IMG/VR virus record: IMGVR_UViG_3300036987_000310 | Coordinates: 96,001-160,000 of that record | DNA: 64,000 nucleotides | Strand: one strand, 5' to 3' | Source: a virus | Taxonomy: Duplodnaviria; Caudoviricetes | Program-made: the position numbers and the translations under genes | Shown: in pieces, positions 9,081-16,889 of the stretch | How the letters are laid out: each line of letters opens with the position of its first letter | How positions within the stretch are numbered: the stretch's first letter is position 1 | The notes under the pieces: model-generated | Databases searched by the model: none | Seen by the model: the letters and a program-made list of their open reading frames with translations, nothing else | Told to the model about the DNA's origin: nothing

Positions 9081-9896
9081 TCAACCCTTGGTTCGACGCC
9101 AAATTGTCAACATGTCGTTGGTGCTAGGCCATTGAGGAATGGACACTGTCGCTTCAAGAGCAAAGTCCCTGCACAAGATTTTCCGGAACCTTTCATCGGC
9201 AGTCGTGTCGGAAAACTCGCCAACATACGCCAGGCGCTCTCCTCTCCAATGTTTCAAACATTGGGAGGCCATGTCTCCCCTTGGGGGCCAGCATAGCAAG
9301 AGAGTCTTGTCAGCGTGATCCTTTAGAATTTCCGGGGTTCCGTGCGCAACCTTCATGTGCTGCTTCGATCCGACGTGCCATGGGTTGCAGGCAGACACTA
9401 GCGACTTTAGAGACCCGGGCGGGGCTCGATCGTACGCGTGCACGCTCGCTCCCATTTTTCGCAAAAGAAAGGCCCAGTATCCGGTGCCTGCCCCCATTTC
9501 AACAATTGGCGACAACGCGGCTATATGTCTGAGAGCTTCTTCGGTCGGAACGGCCCACGAATATCGAGACACGAGATTATCTCGAAGCTCAACCACATCA
9601 GAAGCTTCAAGCCCTCGAGACCGGGCCTCCAAGAATGTTTTCAGAAGAGGATTGGAATCTTGAACCAACGTTTCTTTCCTCTTTTTTGAAAGTTTTTTGA
9701 TTTTGGCCTCGAGCTTCAGGGCGGCAGAAACGTCTGCAACTCTGGTATGCCACGCCACAGTCAAAAACCCGCGGCCACGGGTGAACTTAGCGCCTTTCCC
9801 GCTTCGGTGCTGCTCAAGGCGCCTCATTAGGTTGTCAGTCGCCCCTGTGTACAAGGACCCGTCTCCGCATCGAATCATGTAGACGACCCAAGGCAT
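9081..9896 (-). CDS. GIY-YIG nuclease fused to a class I SAM-methyltransferase-like domain
   Basis: N-terminal VVYMIRCGDGSLYTGAT..RRLEQH..ALKLE; C-terminal IVEMGAGTGYWA..VHAYD, LLLCWPP. Confidence 0.75.
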   Translation of the reverse strand: MPWVVYMIRCGDGSLYTGATDNLMRRLEQHRSGKGAKFTRGRGFLTVAWHTRVADVSAALKLEAKIKKLSKKRKETLVQDSNPLLKTFLEARSRGLEASDVVELRDNLVSRYSWAVPTEEALRHIAALSPIVEMGAGTGYWAFLLRKMGASVHAYDRAPPGSLKSLVSACNPWHVGSKQHMKVAHGTPEILKDHADKTLLLCWPPRGDMASQCLKHWRGERLAYVGEFSDTTADERFRKILCRDFALEATVSIPQWPSTNDMLTIWRRTKG

Positions 9897-9934
9897 TTTA
9901 CCCTCCCTGACGGATACTGCGCGAGTGGTCAGAT

Positions 9935-10774
9935 TTACGCTGCGTCCGCGTTGTCTACGAGAATTTCAGGCACGGATTTTCTTCTGTCTGGATCTGCCAT
10001 GCTGCACGGGTTTACAACAGTTTCCATGTTAAACCCGAAAAACAGGCCCGGAATGTTCACATTGGCAGAGTTGGACAAAGCTTGGACAACCCCGCGATCG
10101 TCCAATTTCCGAAAGAGCGTGGCTAAACGAACATGATCATCATATGAAAAACCGTTTGGCGTGTATTGGGTGAACTTTGAAGTCTTTGACGTGGGCATGT
10201 AGGGAGGGTCGAAGTATGCCGCGTCTCCAGGCCCAGCGTCGGTGCACATGTCCTCGAAATCTGTTTCCGCAAGCTCTGCCATGTTTAGCGCTGCGGAACA
10301 AGCTCGAAGATTTTCTTCGACGAAGATTTTTGGGTTCACATATTTGCCAAACGGAGTGTTGAACCCACCGTTTCTGTTGACTCTATACAAGCCGTTAAAG
10401 CATGTGTGGTTTAGGTAGATAATCCTCGCAGCTCTTTCAGTTTGGCTCATGCAGCTCGGGTCCATGCTGCGAATGTTGAGGTATGACTGTCTGTCATACA
10501 CGAATTGAGGTTGTTTCAATAAGTCAATCAAACCGTCAATGTCGTCTCGCACGGCTTGATATGCATCCATCAAATCCGGGCATTTGTCTCCAATGACAGC
10601 CCGGTCAAATCGCTTTTGACGAGCAAGCTCAAAAAAGACGATGCCGCCGCCCAAGAAAGGCTCGTAGTATGTTCCGATTTTCTTAGGTAGCTTATCGAGA
10701 ATTTTGGAGAGCATGCGGCTCTTGCCGCCCGCCCACTTCATGAATGGTCTCGGGATGGTTGACATCGTGTTCAA
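9935..10774 (-). CDS. dam: Dam-family DNA adenine methyltransferase
   Basis: FMKWAGGKS, YYEPFLGGG, FNGLYRVN, YFDPPY. Confidence 0.92.
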   Translation of the reverse strand: MNTMSTIPRPFMKWAGGKSRMLSKILDKLPKKIGTYYEPFLGGGIVFFELARQKRFDRAVIGDKCPDLMDAYQAVRDDIDGLIDLLKQPQFVYDRQSYLNIRSMDPSCMSQTERAARIIYLNHTCFNGLYRVNRNGGFNTPFGKYVNPKIFVEENLRACSAALNMAELAETDFEDMCTDAGPGDAAYFDPPYMPTSKTSKFTQYTPNGFSYDDHVRLATLFRKLDDRGVVQALSNSANVNIPGLFFGFNMETVVNPCSMADPDRRKSVPEILVDNADAA

Positions 10775-10786
10775 CCTTACGCCCGA

Positions 10787-11128
10787 TCAAGAGTTCATCA
10801 CAAACACCATCGACACGGCGTGTTCCCAAGCCACAGCCGAGTCACAATCTTTTGCCAAAACCGCATGGATGTCAAACTCTTTTGTGGCTCCGAAAAGTTT
10901 GCAAAGCTGTTCATACTCGATGGTGTTGTTTTCGAGATGAAGTCTTTCTTTGGAGACTTCATTGATGAACGTCATTATTTCAACGAGTCTTCTTTGAAAG
11001 GCGTTAAAGCCGTCTGGCACAAACATGCGGTGTTTGCACCCCGAGCACTCGTGCCATGTTCCTTTTTGAGACTTTCCATCCATGAGACGAAAGCCAGGCT
11101 CTTCTGGGATCCAATTGTGAGGTCTCAT
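10787..11128 (-). CDS. Hypothetical protein, C-terminus VFVMNS
   Basis: ORF track; CxxC; tag-like C-terminus. Confidence 0.6.
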   Translation of the reverse strand: MRPHNWIPEEPGFRLMDGKSQKGTWHECSGCKHRMFVPDGFNAFQRRLVEIMTFINEVSKERLHLENNTIEYEQLCKLFGATKEFDIHAVLAKDCDSAVAWEHAVSMVFVMNS

Positions 11129-11428
11129 TTATGCCGAGAAAATCTCGAGACATTCAGCCTCGGAGCGAGAGATTTCACAGTCTCTGATAGGTTTGAACTG
11201 CCAAGTTCCGCCTTTCACCGACTCCCAGCACGCAGAGCAAATAGCGATCGGGGTGCCGTCAGGAAATGCCGCCCAGCGGGACGGAGGACTGTGCTTGCCG
11301 TCGTCCCATTCGCAACAGTCGAGAGAGCGGTCCGGACGAATCGATCTGTAGATGCGCAGCCCGAACTGAAACTTGTCGGCGACCTTCGGCATGGGACAGT
11401 GTACAGTCGGGGCGGCGTAGGGCGCCAT
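11129..11428 (-). CDS. Hypothetical Cys-rich protein
   Basis: Abuts the downstream gene. Confidence 0.5.
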   Translation of the reverse strand: MAPYAAPTVHCPMPKVADKFQFGLRIYRSIRPDRSLDCCEWDDGKHSPPSRWAAFPDGTPIAICSACWESVKGGTWQFKPIRDCEISRSEAECLEIFSA

Positions 11429-11656
11429 GCGTCGGGCAGAATGGATCTGCCCGATCTACAAAAAAAACGCGGGGTGGAGTTTCAAAGGACAACAAATGCT
11501 GCATGCTGACTTTTCAACGCTCAATGTTCACGGCTTAGCTCTGATGGAAAGGACAAATGCTGAAAGCTGCCCAAGGGTTCATCGCCGGAGCCAAAGTCGT
11601 TGTAATGAAAGCATTTAGCTTTCATTGTTCCTTCTACTCCTCCAATCCCGCTCCCG

Positions 11657-12199
11657 TCACATTGAAGCGTCGGGCAAGCCCTCGACTTCAACGATCAGAG
11701 TCTTATGGTTTACAGTCTCGACCGCATTGTTTAGCTTGACATACTTCTCTCGCAAAGACTCAAGAAGTTCAACCTGTTCCGCGGTGGACATGTCAGAAGT
11801 CCATGGGCGCGACGTTTTTTCCACATAACGTCTTCCGTTATCGTCATAGCTGACGTCTTGCAGCGTGTCGACCCCCTCTTTTGAGGTTCGAACAGGCAGC
11901 TCTTCCAAGCGCTTGATCGTCCCCTTTAGCTCAGATAAAGTTCTCACCGCCATGGCGAGAGACACCGTTCGGCTTCCCCATTCAAAGCTAGTCGACGCGT
12001 TTGCTATCGCTATGGCAGTTTGCAGCTCCACCAGTCGCTTGATAAGCTCATTGAGCTTTTCGCGTGATTTGTCAAATTTGAAAGCAGGAGGATCGTCGTC
12101 ACGGTAAAACACACCTTGGAGACGACCTGACCATTCCTTGACTTTGCCCTTGATTTGAGCCACTTCCCGAATCGCCTCGGCAATTGATATTCGTGTCAT
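11657..12199 (-). CDS. Hypothetical coiled-coil phage protein
   Basis: 180-aa helical ORF. Confidence 0.65.
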   Translation of the reverse strand: MTRISIAEAIREVAQIKGKVKEWSGRLQGVFYRDDDPPAFKFDKSREKLNELIKRLVELQTAIAIANASTSFEWGSRTVSLAMAVRTLSELKGTIKRLEELPVRTSKEGVDTLQDVSYDDNGRRYVEKTSRPWTSDMSTAEQVELLESLREKYVKLNNAVETVNHKTLIVEVEGLPDASM

Positions 12200-12407
12200 G
12201 GGCGCAGTTTACACTTGATCTAGTCACATCGTTTGAATTCGTTGAGAATGGCGCGATAAAATGGGCTGAGGACGCGCAACACTGCACCCTTCGTGATGAC
12301 AAACCTTGCCTGGGTTGTCATGTCAGCTGGGGCGATCTTCCGCTACTCCTCGTTTCGCAGTCGTCCCTCAAGCAGGGCAGTCAACTGCGCTATGACCCGT
12401 TCGGCTC

Positions 12408-12656
12408 TCAGATGTCCTCCCTTGGTAGGACAGCCAAGGTGACGTAGACGTCCGGGTGTTCGGTCGTGTCCTCGGGAGCATCAGACACCCGGACATGCCT
12501 GTTGTCGATCACCCAACAGCCCTTGATGCTCGGCAGAACAACACGGTCCCCAGGGTGCAAGGCGAGAGCCACTTGTGCATTCATCTCCGTTCTGCCGATA
12601 GTATCTCCATCCAGAAGAGCCCTTCGCAATTCAACACTCGCACGCATTGGCTTCAT
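12408..12656 (-). CDS. Hypothetical protein
   Basis: ATGA overlap with the deaminase gene. Confidence 0.5.
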   Translation of the reverse strand: MKPMRASVELRRALLDGDTIGRTEMNAQVALALHPGDRVVLPSIKGCWVIDNRHVRVSDAPEDTTEHPDVYVTLAVLPREDI

Positions 12657-13138
12657 GTCGACCCATTGTTTCGCATGTTGGTTTCGACCACTTCCTTGAC
12701 ACTGAAGATCTCAGGGCGGGGCTCAACCCGTCTAAAGTCTATGTCGCATTTGGAAATCAAATCCGGATCGAGAGGGATGCGGTATTGCTCATCAAACACA
12801 ATGGAGCGCACGCCAGAATTTATGAGCATCTTGAAACAGTTATAGCAAGGCGACAACGTCACATATGCCGTCGCCCCGTCAATGCAGGTTCCATGCTTCG
12901 CTGCTTGAGCCACAGCGTTAACTTCTGCGTGAATAGTTCTTATACACCCTCCGTCAGGGCCGATTTCACACCCGACGTCAGTGCAATGTGGCTGTCCGCG
13001 TATGGACCCGCCATAACCGGTCGACAAGATTGCTCTGTCGCGAACTATCACACATCCAACTTGTTTTCTGTTGCAGGTTGACCGCTCAGCGACTTCACGA
13101 GCTATCGACAGGAAATACTCGTCCCAGCTTTTTCGCAT
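12653..13138 (-). CDS. dCMP deaminase (ComEB-like)
   Basis: RSTCNRKQVGCVIV, IHAEVNA and SPCYNC zinc motifs. Confidence 0.93.
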   Translation of the reverse strand: MRKSWDEYFLSIAREVAERSTCNRKQVGCVIVRDRAILSTGYGGSIRGQPHCTDVGCEIGPDGGCIRTIHAEVNAVAQAAKHGTCIDGATAYVTLSPCYNCFKMLINSGVRSIVFDEQYRIPLDPDLISKCDIDFRRVEPRPEIFSVKEVVETNMRNNGST

Positions 13139-13172
13139 GAGACGAATTACACTCCTGCAGTGTCAGCATTTG

Positions 13173-13299
13173 TGGCGGGTGAAGGAATCGAACCTTCCTG
13201 GCGTGTGGGCACAAACGGCGTCTCCCTTTCGGGAGAGAGTGGAAAATGCCGGATTGTCTTCCTTTTGGTAGAAGCGGGATCCCAGATCCCTAACCCGCC
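13173..13299 (-). ncRNA. Giant tRNA-like RNA A (loop ACCAAAA, CAA-like) with ~60-nt variable-loop insert
   Basis: Acceptor GGCGGGT/ACCCGCC; D arm GGGA-TCTGGGA-TCCC; stem CTTCT/GGAAG; T arm GAAGG-TTCGATT-CCTTC. Confidence 0.7.
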
Positions 13300-13332
13300 T
13301 AATTGAAAACGCTCGAGTGTCGATGCCGGTTT

Positions 13333-13407
13333 TGGTGCACGAGGCAGGACTTGAACCTGCAACTTCCTGTTTCGTAGACAGACGCTCTACCTTTGAGCAA
13401 CTTGCGC
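13333..13407 (-). tRNA. tRNA-Arg(ACG)
   Basis: Cloverleaf, loop CT-ACG-AA, encoded CCA, two acceptor wobble/mismatch positions. Confidence 0.85.
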
Positions 13408-13434
13408 TTGTTGGAACCGATGATTGAGCGTTTT

Positions 13435-13572
13435 CGGAGCGGGACCCGGGAGTCGAACCCGGAAACTTGTGAGCAAGATTTGCGGCTTCCTTGCGAAAGC
13501 GAGGGGGCTTGCTGGTTGAGCATTGGCTCCACTGTGGAAAAGTGGTGAGGAACCGATCCTCTGTAGTCCCGC
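13435..13572 (-). ncRNA. Giant tRNA-Gly(TCC)-like RNA B with ~65-nt variable-loop insert
   Basis: GCGGGAC/GTCCCGC with U73; D arm GAGG/CCTC; CCACT-TTTCCAC-AGTGG; T arm CCGGG-TTCGACT-CCCGG. Confidence 0.8.
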
Positions 13573-13607
13573 GAAAGTTTGGACGTTCGAGTGGCGACGC
13601 TGATTTT

Positions 13608-13683
13608 TGGCTTGCAAAGCGGGACTTGAACCCACTACACCCAGCTTTTAAGGCTGATGCTCTACCCAATGAGCTATTTGCTT
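13608..13683 (-). tRNA. Atypical tRNA with TAA anticodon, short variable loop and frayed acceptor (A1-A72, A2-A71)
   Basis: TCAGC-CTTAAAA-GCTGG; T arm GTGGG-TTCAAGT-CCCGC; GCCA end. Confidence 0.6.
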
Positions 13684-13707
13684 GTTAGAGCCGCTGTTTG
13701 AACGTCC

Positions 13708-13844
13708 TGGTGCAGGGCGAAGGAGTCGAACCTTCTTAGCTTGTGAGCACTTCGAATGCTCCTGGTGAGGGAGCGAGTGGAAACGCTGGAGACTTTTGTC
13801 GTCGTGTCCAAATCACGATGGGTGACCGTCACCCTGTGCCCTGC
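13708..13844 (-). ncRNA. Giant tRNA-Gln(TTG)-like RNA C with ~65-nt variable-loop insert
   Basis: GCAGGGC/GCCCTGC-ACCA; D arm GGGTG/CACCC; TCGTG-ATTTGGA-CACGA; T arm GAAGG-TTCGACT-CCTTC. Confidence 0.8.
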
Positions 13845-13850
13845 ATATTA

Positions 13851-14014
13851 ACCGCGTCCGAGTGGCAAATCTGTTTTACGCTTTTGACGATTTTCCTGTC
13901 GTTGCCTTTACCAGTTTGGCTACTCCCCCTAGTTTTTCCGTGGTGGGGGAGGCGGGAATCGAACCCGCATTGTGCTTTCGCACTTGCTTGTTAGATCAAC
14001 CGTATGGACGCGAT
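13851..14014 (-). ncRNA. Circularly permuted tRNA-like RNA D (YrlA/Y-RNA-like topology)
   Basis: Order on minus strand: V arm, T arm, CTCCCCC-ACCA, linker, GGGGGAG, D arm; termini ATCGCGTCC/GGACGCGGT pair. Confidence 0.7.
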
Positions 14015-14143
14015 TGGCGCCGGACCTTGGATTCGAACCAAGTTGCTTGTGAGCAGGACTTGAAGCTCCCTTGCGGGGGCGAGTTGGCCAGCTGGGCTTA
14101 GATCAGCTTAAGAGGCTGGTGGGGACCATCCCCAGTGTCCGGC
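14015..14143 (-). ncRNA. Giant tRNA-Lys(CTT)-like RNA E with ~60-nt variable-loop insert
   Basis: GCCGGAC/GTCCGGC-GCCA; D arm GGGG/CCCC; CAGC-CTCTTAA-GCTG; T arm CTTGG-TTCGAAT-CCAAG. Confidence 0.8.
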
Positions 14144-14144
14144 A

Positions 14145-14221
14145 TGGTAACGGGGGCAGGATTTGAACCTGCGACCTTGAGGTTATGGGCCTCACGAGCT
14201 ACCAGACTGCTCTACCCCGCA
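14145..14221 (-). tRNA. Initiator tRNA-fMet(CAT)
   Basis: 1:72 mismatch, GCGGGG..AGTCTGGTAGCTCG body, CAT anticodon, ACCA. Confidence 0.9.
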
Positions 14222-14254
14222 TCGATGACGACATGAACTTTCAAAGAACGAGAA

Positions 14255-14390
14255 TGGGGGAGGGCGAAGGAGTCGAACCTTCTATGCTTGTTAGAATCGC
14301 TTGATGCTTTCGCACGGAAAGCGAGGGGCGAATCTGGAACGCAGTTGCGTCGGATTTACCGTCCGATTGGGCGCCGTGCCCAAGCCCTCC
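14255..14390 (-). ncRNA. Giant tRNA-Tyr(GTA)-like RNA F with ~65-nt variable-loop insert
   Basis: GGAGGGC/GCCCTCC-CCCA; D arm GGGC/GCCC; TCGGA-CGGTAAA-TCCGA; T arm GAAGG-TTCGACT-CCTTC. Confidence 0.8.
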
Positions 14391-14408
14391 AAAACAAAAC
14401 GCTCGAGG

Positions 14409-14469
14409 TGAGATGCTTGGATTGACCCGCGCGCTTGGCGGGTCGAGCCTTCCAGCTTGTCAGCATCTC
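14409..14469 (-). ncRNA. Small structured element G carrying the cluster motif (GCTGACAAG)
   Basis: Outer stem GAGATGCT/AGCATCTC, inner stem GACCCGC/GCGGGTC. Confidence 0.45.
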
Positions 14470-14484
14470 TGGATGAACGCTCAC

Positions 14485-14736
14485 TCATATTTTACATTTG
14501 AGACCACTGTCTGTCAATATCTGGCAAACATCTTCAACAAATCGACTACACGGCGTCAAAGCCACGGGCCCTGACACGATTTCAACGCTGCCGTCCGAGT
14601 GAACGGTCACATCCTCTAGATAACCTGGCAGTTTTTCCCACTTTTCACATCGAAGAGCGTCTCTCAAGCTGTCAGAACACTCCCAATCGCGTATTTGACT
14701 GTTGAGTGCCAAAATGACGAAAAGCACAACTTTCAT
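14485..14736 (-). CDS. Hypothetical protein
   Basis: ATGA-coupled in the E1 operon. Confidence 0.55.
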   Translation of the reverse strand: MKVVLFVILALNSQIRDWECSDSLRDALRCEKWEKLPGYLEDVTVHSDGSVEIVSGPVALTPCSRFVEDVCQILTDSGLKCKI

Positions 14737-14984
14737 GAGTCTTGAACGTCCGAAATGTCAAGCAAAATTTTGGCGTTGTCCCTGAAATACTCTATGTCAG
14801 CCATCCTGGCTTCCAGCTCCCTCAACTGCCCCTCAATGGTGTCCACTTTTGCTCTCAGGACTTCAACCTCAGTGGTGTCAAATTTCGCCTCCATGGTTTC
14901 AAGAACTGGCGCAACAGATCTTTTAAACAATTTTATGGAACTGCGCGCTTGTTTGGAAGATGTTCGCTTCAACCGTTTCATCAC
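14733..14984 (-). CDS. Hypothetical coiled-coil protein, ends DVQDS
   Basis: ATGA-coupled in the E1 operon. Confidence 0.55.
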   Translation of the reverse strand: MMKRLKRTSSKQARSSIKLFKRSVAPVLETMEAKFDTTEVEVLRAKVDTIEGQLRELEARMADIEYFRDNAKILLDISDVQDS

Positions 14985-15553
14985 ACCCTCATGGCACCAG
15001 TGGGCGTGATTTGGAACCCGTGTTTTTCCCCGGAGTTTAGGAATTTTTGGGCTGCCGTGGCTATGTACGAAGCCACGGTTGCTATGAACGGAAGAAAGTC
15101 ACCATTCTCGCATGTTGCCCCTCCGGCTCCGTCTTCATCATCGATGACGAAATTTTCGCTCCAAATGACTCGCCCAAATTGTCCCCCGGCCGCCAACGTT
15201 CCGTGCAAACATGGAACGTTGGACTTGGAGAAGTTTTGAACGATTCTTCTGGCCTCTCCGTTGTCCAAACAGTCGATGATCAAGTCAGCGCCAGCCAACA
15301 GCTGGTCGTCGTTTTCCGACGACAGCTTGTGCGGAATGGACCCGATTTTGATTGCAAACAGAAACTGCATGAGCTGTTGAAGCGCAACAGTCTTGTTCTT
15401 CCCCACGGCATTTTGCGCATGGAACTGGGATGCTACGTTCTTGCGCTCGATTCTGTCGAAATCGATGACGTTGATTGTCGCTTCGCAGTTTCGGAGAAAA
15501 AGGGCCACGTGAGACCCGAGCGCTCCTACTCCGACGATTGTCACCTTCTTCAT
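14981..15553 (-). CDS. ThiF/E1-like adenylyltransferase
   Basis: VTIVGVGALGS, DFDRIERKNVASQ, KNK, LIIDCLDNGEARR, and candidate catalytic Cys in GATCE. Confidence 0.88.
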   Translation of the reverse strand: MKKVTIVGVGALGSHVALFLRNCEATINVIDFDRIERKNVASQFHAQNAVGKNKTVALQQLMQFLFAIKIGSIPHKLSSENDDQLLAGADLIIDCLDNGEARRIVQNFSKSNVPCLHGTLAAGGQFGRVIWSENFVIDDEDGAGGATCENGDFLPFIATVASYIATAAQKFLNSGEKHGFQITPTGAMRV

Positions 15554-15561
15554 GTCATCCG

Positions 15562-15906
15562 TTACTTTTCGAGTTTGTCCATTTCCGCAGCATTCAAGAA
15601 GTCTTCGACGTCAGAAACCCCGTATTTGTCCTGCAAGACCGAGAGAATCCCAGCGTGCCGCATCTTTGCCTGTTCGAGCCGATCGTTTGCCGTGTCTTTT
15701 GTGATGAGCCCTGATGCCAAAGCATTGAATATGATAGACTTTTCGACCGTTTCATGCGCCTCAAGCTGTTGAAGAACAGCCTGTTCCGGCGTCAGGCTTG
15801 TGTCGGACTCGAACTTCATGCTCAAGAACTCGGATTGTTTTTCTCCGTTTCTGTTGACTTCCATGATTTTTGAAATTGAGAAGCTTTTAACAACTAGGGC
15901 CATCAC
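15562..15906 (-). CDS. Hypothetical protein
   Basis: GGAG RBS, operon context. Confidence 0.6.
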   Translation of the reverse strand: MMALVVKSFSISKIMEVNRNGEKQSEFLSMKFESDTSLTPEQAVLQQLEAHETVEKSIIFNALASGLITKDTANDRLEQAKMRHAGILSVLQDKYGVSDVEDFLNAAEMDKLEK

Positions 15907-16030
15907 TCCTCCTGAATTCCATGCCGCCCGTTTCTTCCCGTCTCAGAAAAACGTTCTCTAGAATTACATCTAGAATGTAGCGTGGTAGATCGTCAGTTAG
16001 TGGAGTTTGCAACTATCAAGCTTTGACCAG

Positions 16031-16246
16031 TTATTCTCCATGAACGGACTCCACGATTCTTGCAGTGGCTTCAGCAGCTTGGCCGTCGCTCCACCAGCCG
16101 TGACCATCAAAGTGCATGCCGCAATGATCGCGCTTCATCACGCACTTTCCACAGCCTTCCCACGGACCACAAACCTCACACCGTTCTTTTATTGGCAAAC
16201 ATGGAGTCGGGTCTGACGGGCGGTTTATCAAGTCCATCGTGGACAT
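16031..16246 (-). CDS. Cys-rich hypothetical protein, ends ESVHGE
   Basis: CxxC pairs; tag-like C-terminus. Confidence 0.55.
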   Translation of the reverse strand: MSTMDLINRPSDPTPCLPIKERCEVCGPWEGCGKCVMKRDHCGMHFDGHGWWSDGQAAEATARIVESVHGE

Positions 16247-16255
16247 GCGACATGA

Positions 16256-16531
16256 TCACAAAATGCCGAATGGTGTCTTGGGGCGGCACTGTATGAGAGC
16301 CCAAGGACGCGTTTCATTGGGCTCAAACCTGTCCACTACGAAGTCTGTGAAATCCGCGCCCGGATCGGCAGAGATTCCCGGGACAGTTCCTGTTCGAACA
16401 GCTTCAGTAACCCATCGTTTGATGTCGACGTCCGCCGCATCCCGATTCACCGTGTCAGACAAGTCTCCATTCTGACCATTCCAAGTAACATTTACGCGTG
16501 CTTCTCCGATTTGAACGATTTCGTCTGCCAT
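16256..16531 (-). CDS. Putative ubiquitin-like (beta-grasp) protein with C-terminal PKTPFG-IL
   Basis: 91 aa, beta-grasp-like pattern, Gly before a 2-residue tail, sits between JAB and E1 genes. Confidence 0.65.
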   Translation of the reverse strand: MADEIVQIGEARVNVTWNGQNGDLSDTVNRDAADVDIKRWVTEAVRTGTVPGISADPGADFTDFVVDRFEPNETRPWALIQCRPKTPFGIL

Positions 16532-16545
16532 TTGCGTCTCCTAAT

Positions 16546-16881
16546 TCAGGTTCTTTTGTTCTTGAACATCACCACTACTTCTTGAGCAAATCTTTCAGAG
16601 CTGAAGTCCGACAGCACTTCGCTCAATGCACGAAGAAATGCGACAATGTTGCGTTTTTCTTCCAAATCTCGTCTGGCGCGCTCTACTTTTTCAGCCCTGG
16701 TGTCGTTCAGGGTTCGGTAGTCGAAGAAAACTTCTTTGGCGAAGTGTTCGTGCCTAAGAATCTCATTTTCGGTATCCTTGACGGAGTTTTGAAAATGATC
16801 TAGCGCTGCGTTGACTATCCACTGAAAATGATGGTCTTGAAGTTTTGCCGCGATGCTTTTCAGATTTCCGAACTTATCCAT
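16546..16881 (-). CDS. Hypothetical protein
   Basis: Between JAB and Ubl. Confidence 0.6.
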   Translation of the reverse strand: MDKFGNLKSIAAKLQDHHFQWIVNAALDHFQNSVKDTENEILRHEHFAKEVFFDYRTLNDTRAEKVERARRDLEEKRNIVAFLRALSEVLSDFSSERFAQEVVVMFKNKRT

Positions 16882-16889
16882 GCAACAGT

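Noticed and set aside
13851-14014. Two-piece tmRNA
   Set aside because: No G3-U70 Ala identity pair, a real D stem is present, and there is no room for a tag ORF or pseudoknots before the next RNA.
13173-14390. Group I or group II self-splicing introns in the giant tRNAs
   Set aside because: Inserts are only ~60 nt and lack P/Q/R/S elements, GUGYG starts and domain V.
13147-14488. Short ORFs across the tRNA clusters (also 39149-39655, 54992-55537, 57703-58566)
   Set aside because: They overlap tRNA or ncRNA genes and translate T-arm sequence (GSSP, GFDS, VQIL); not real CDSs.
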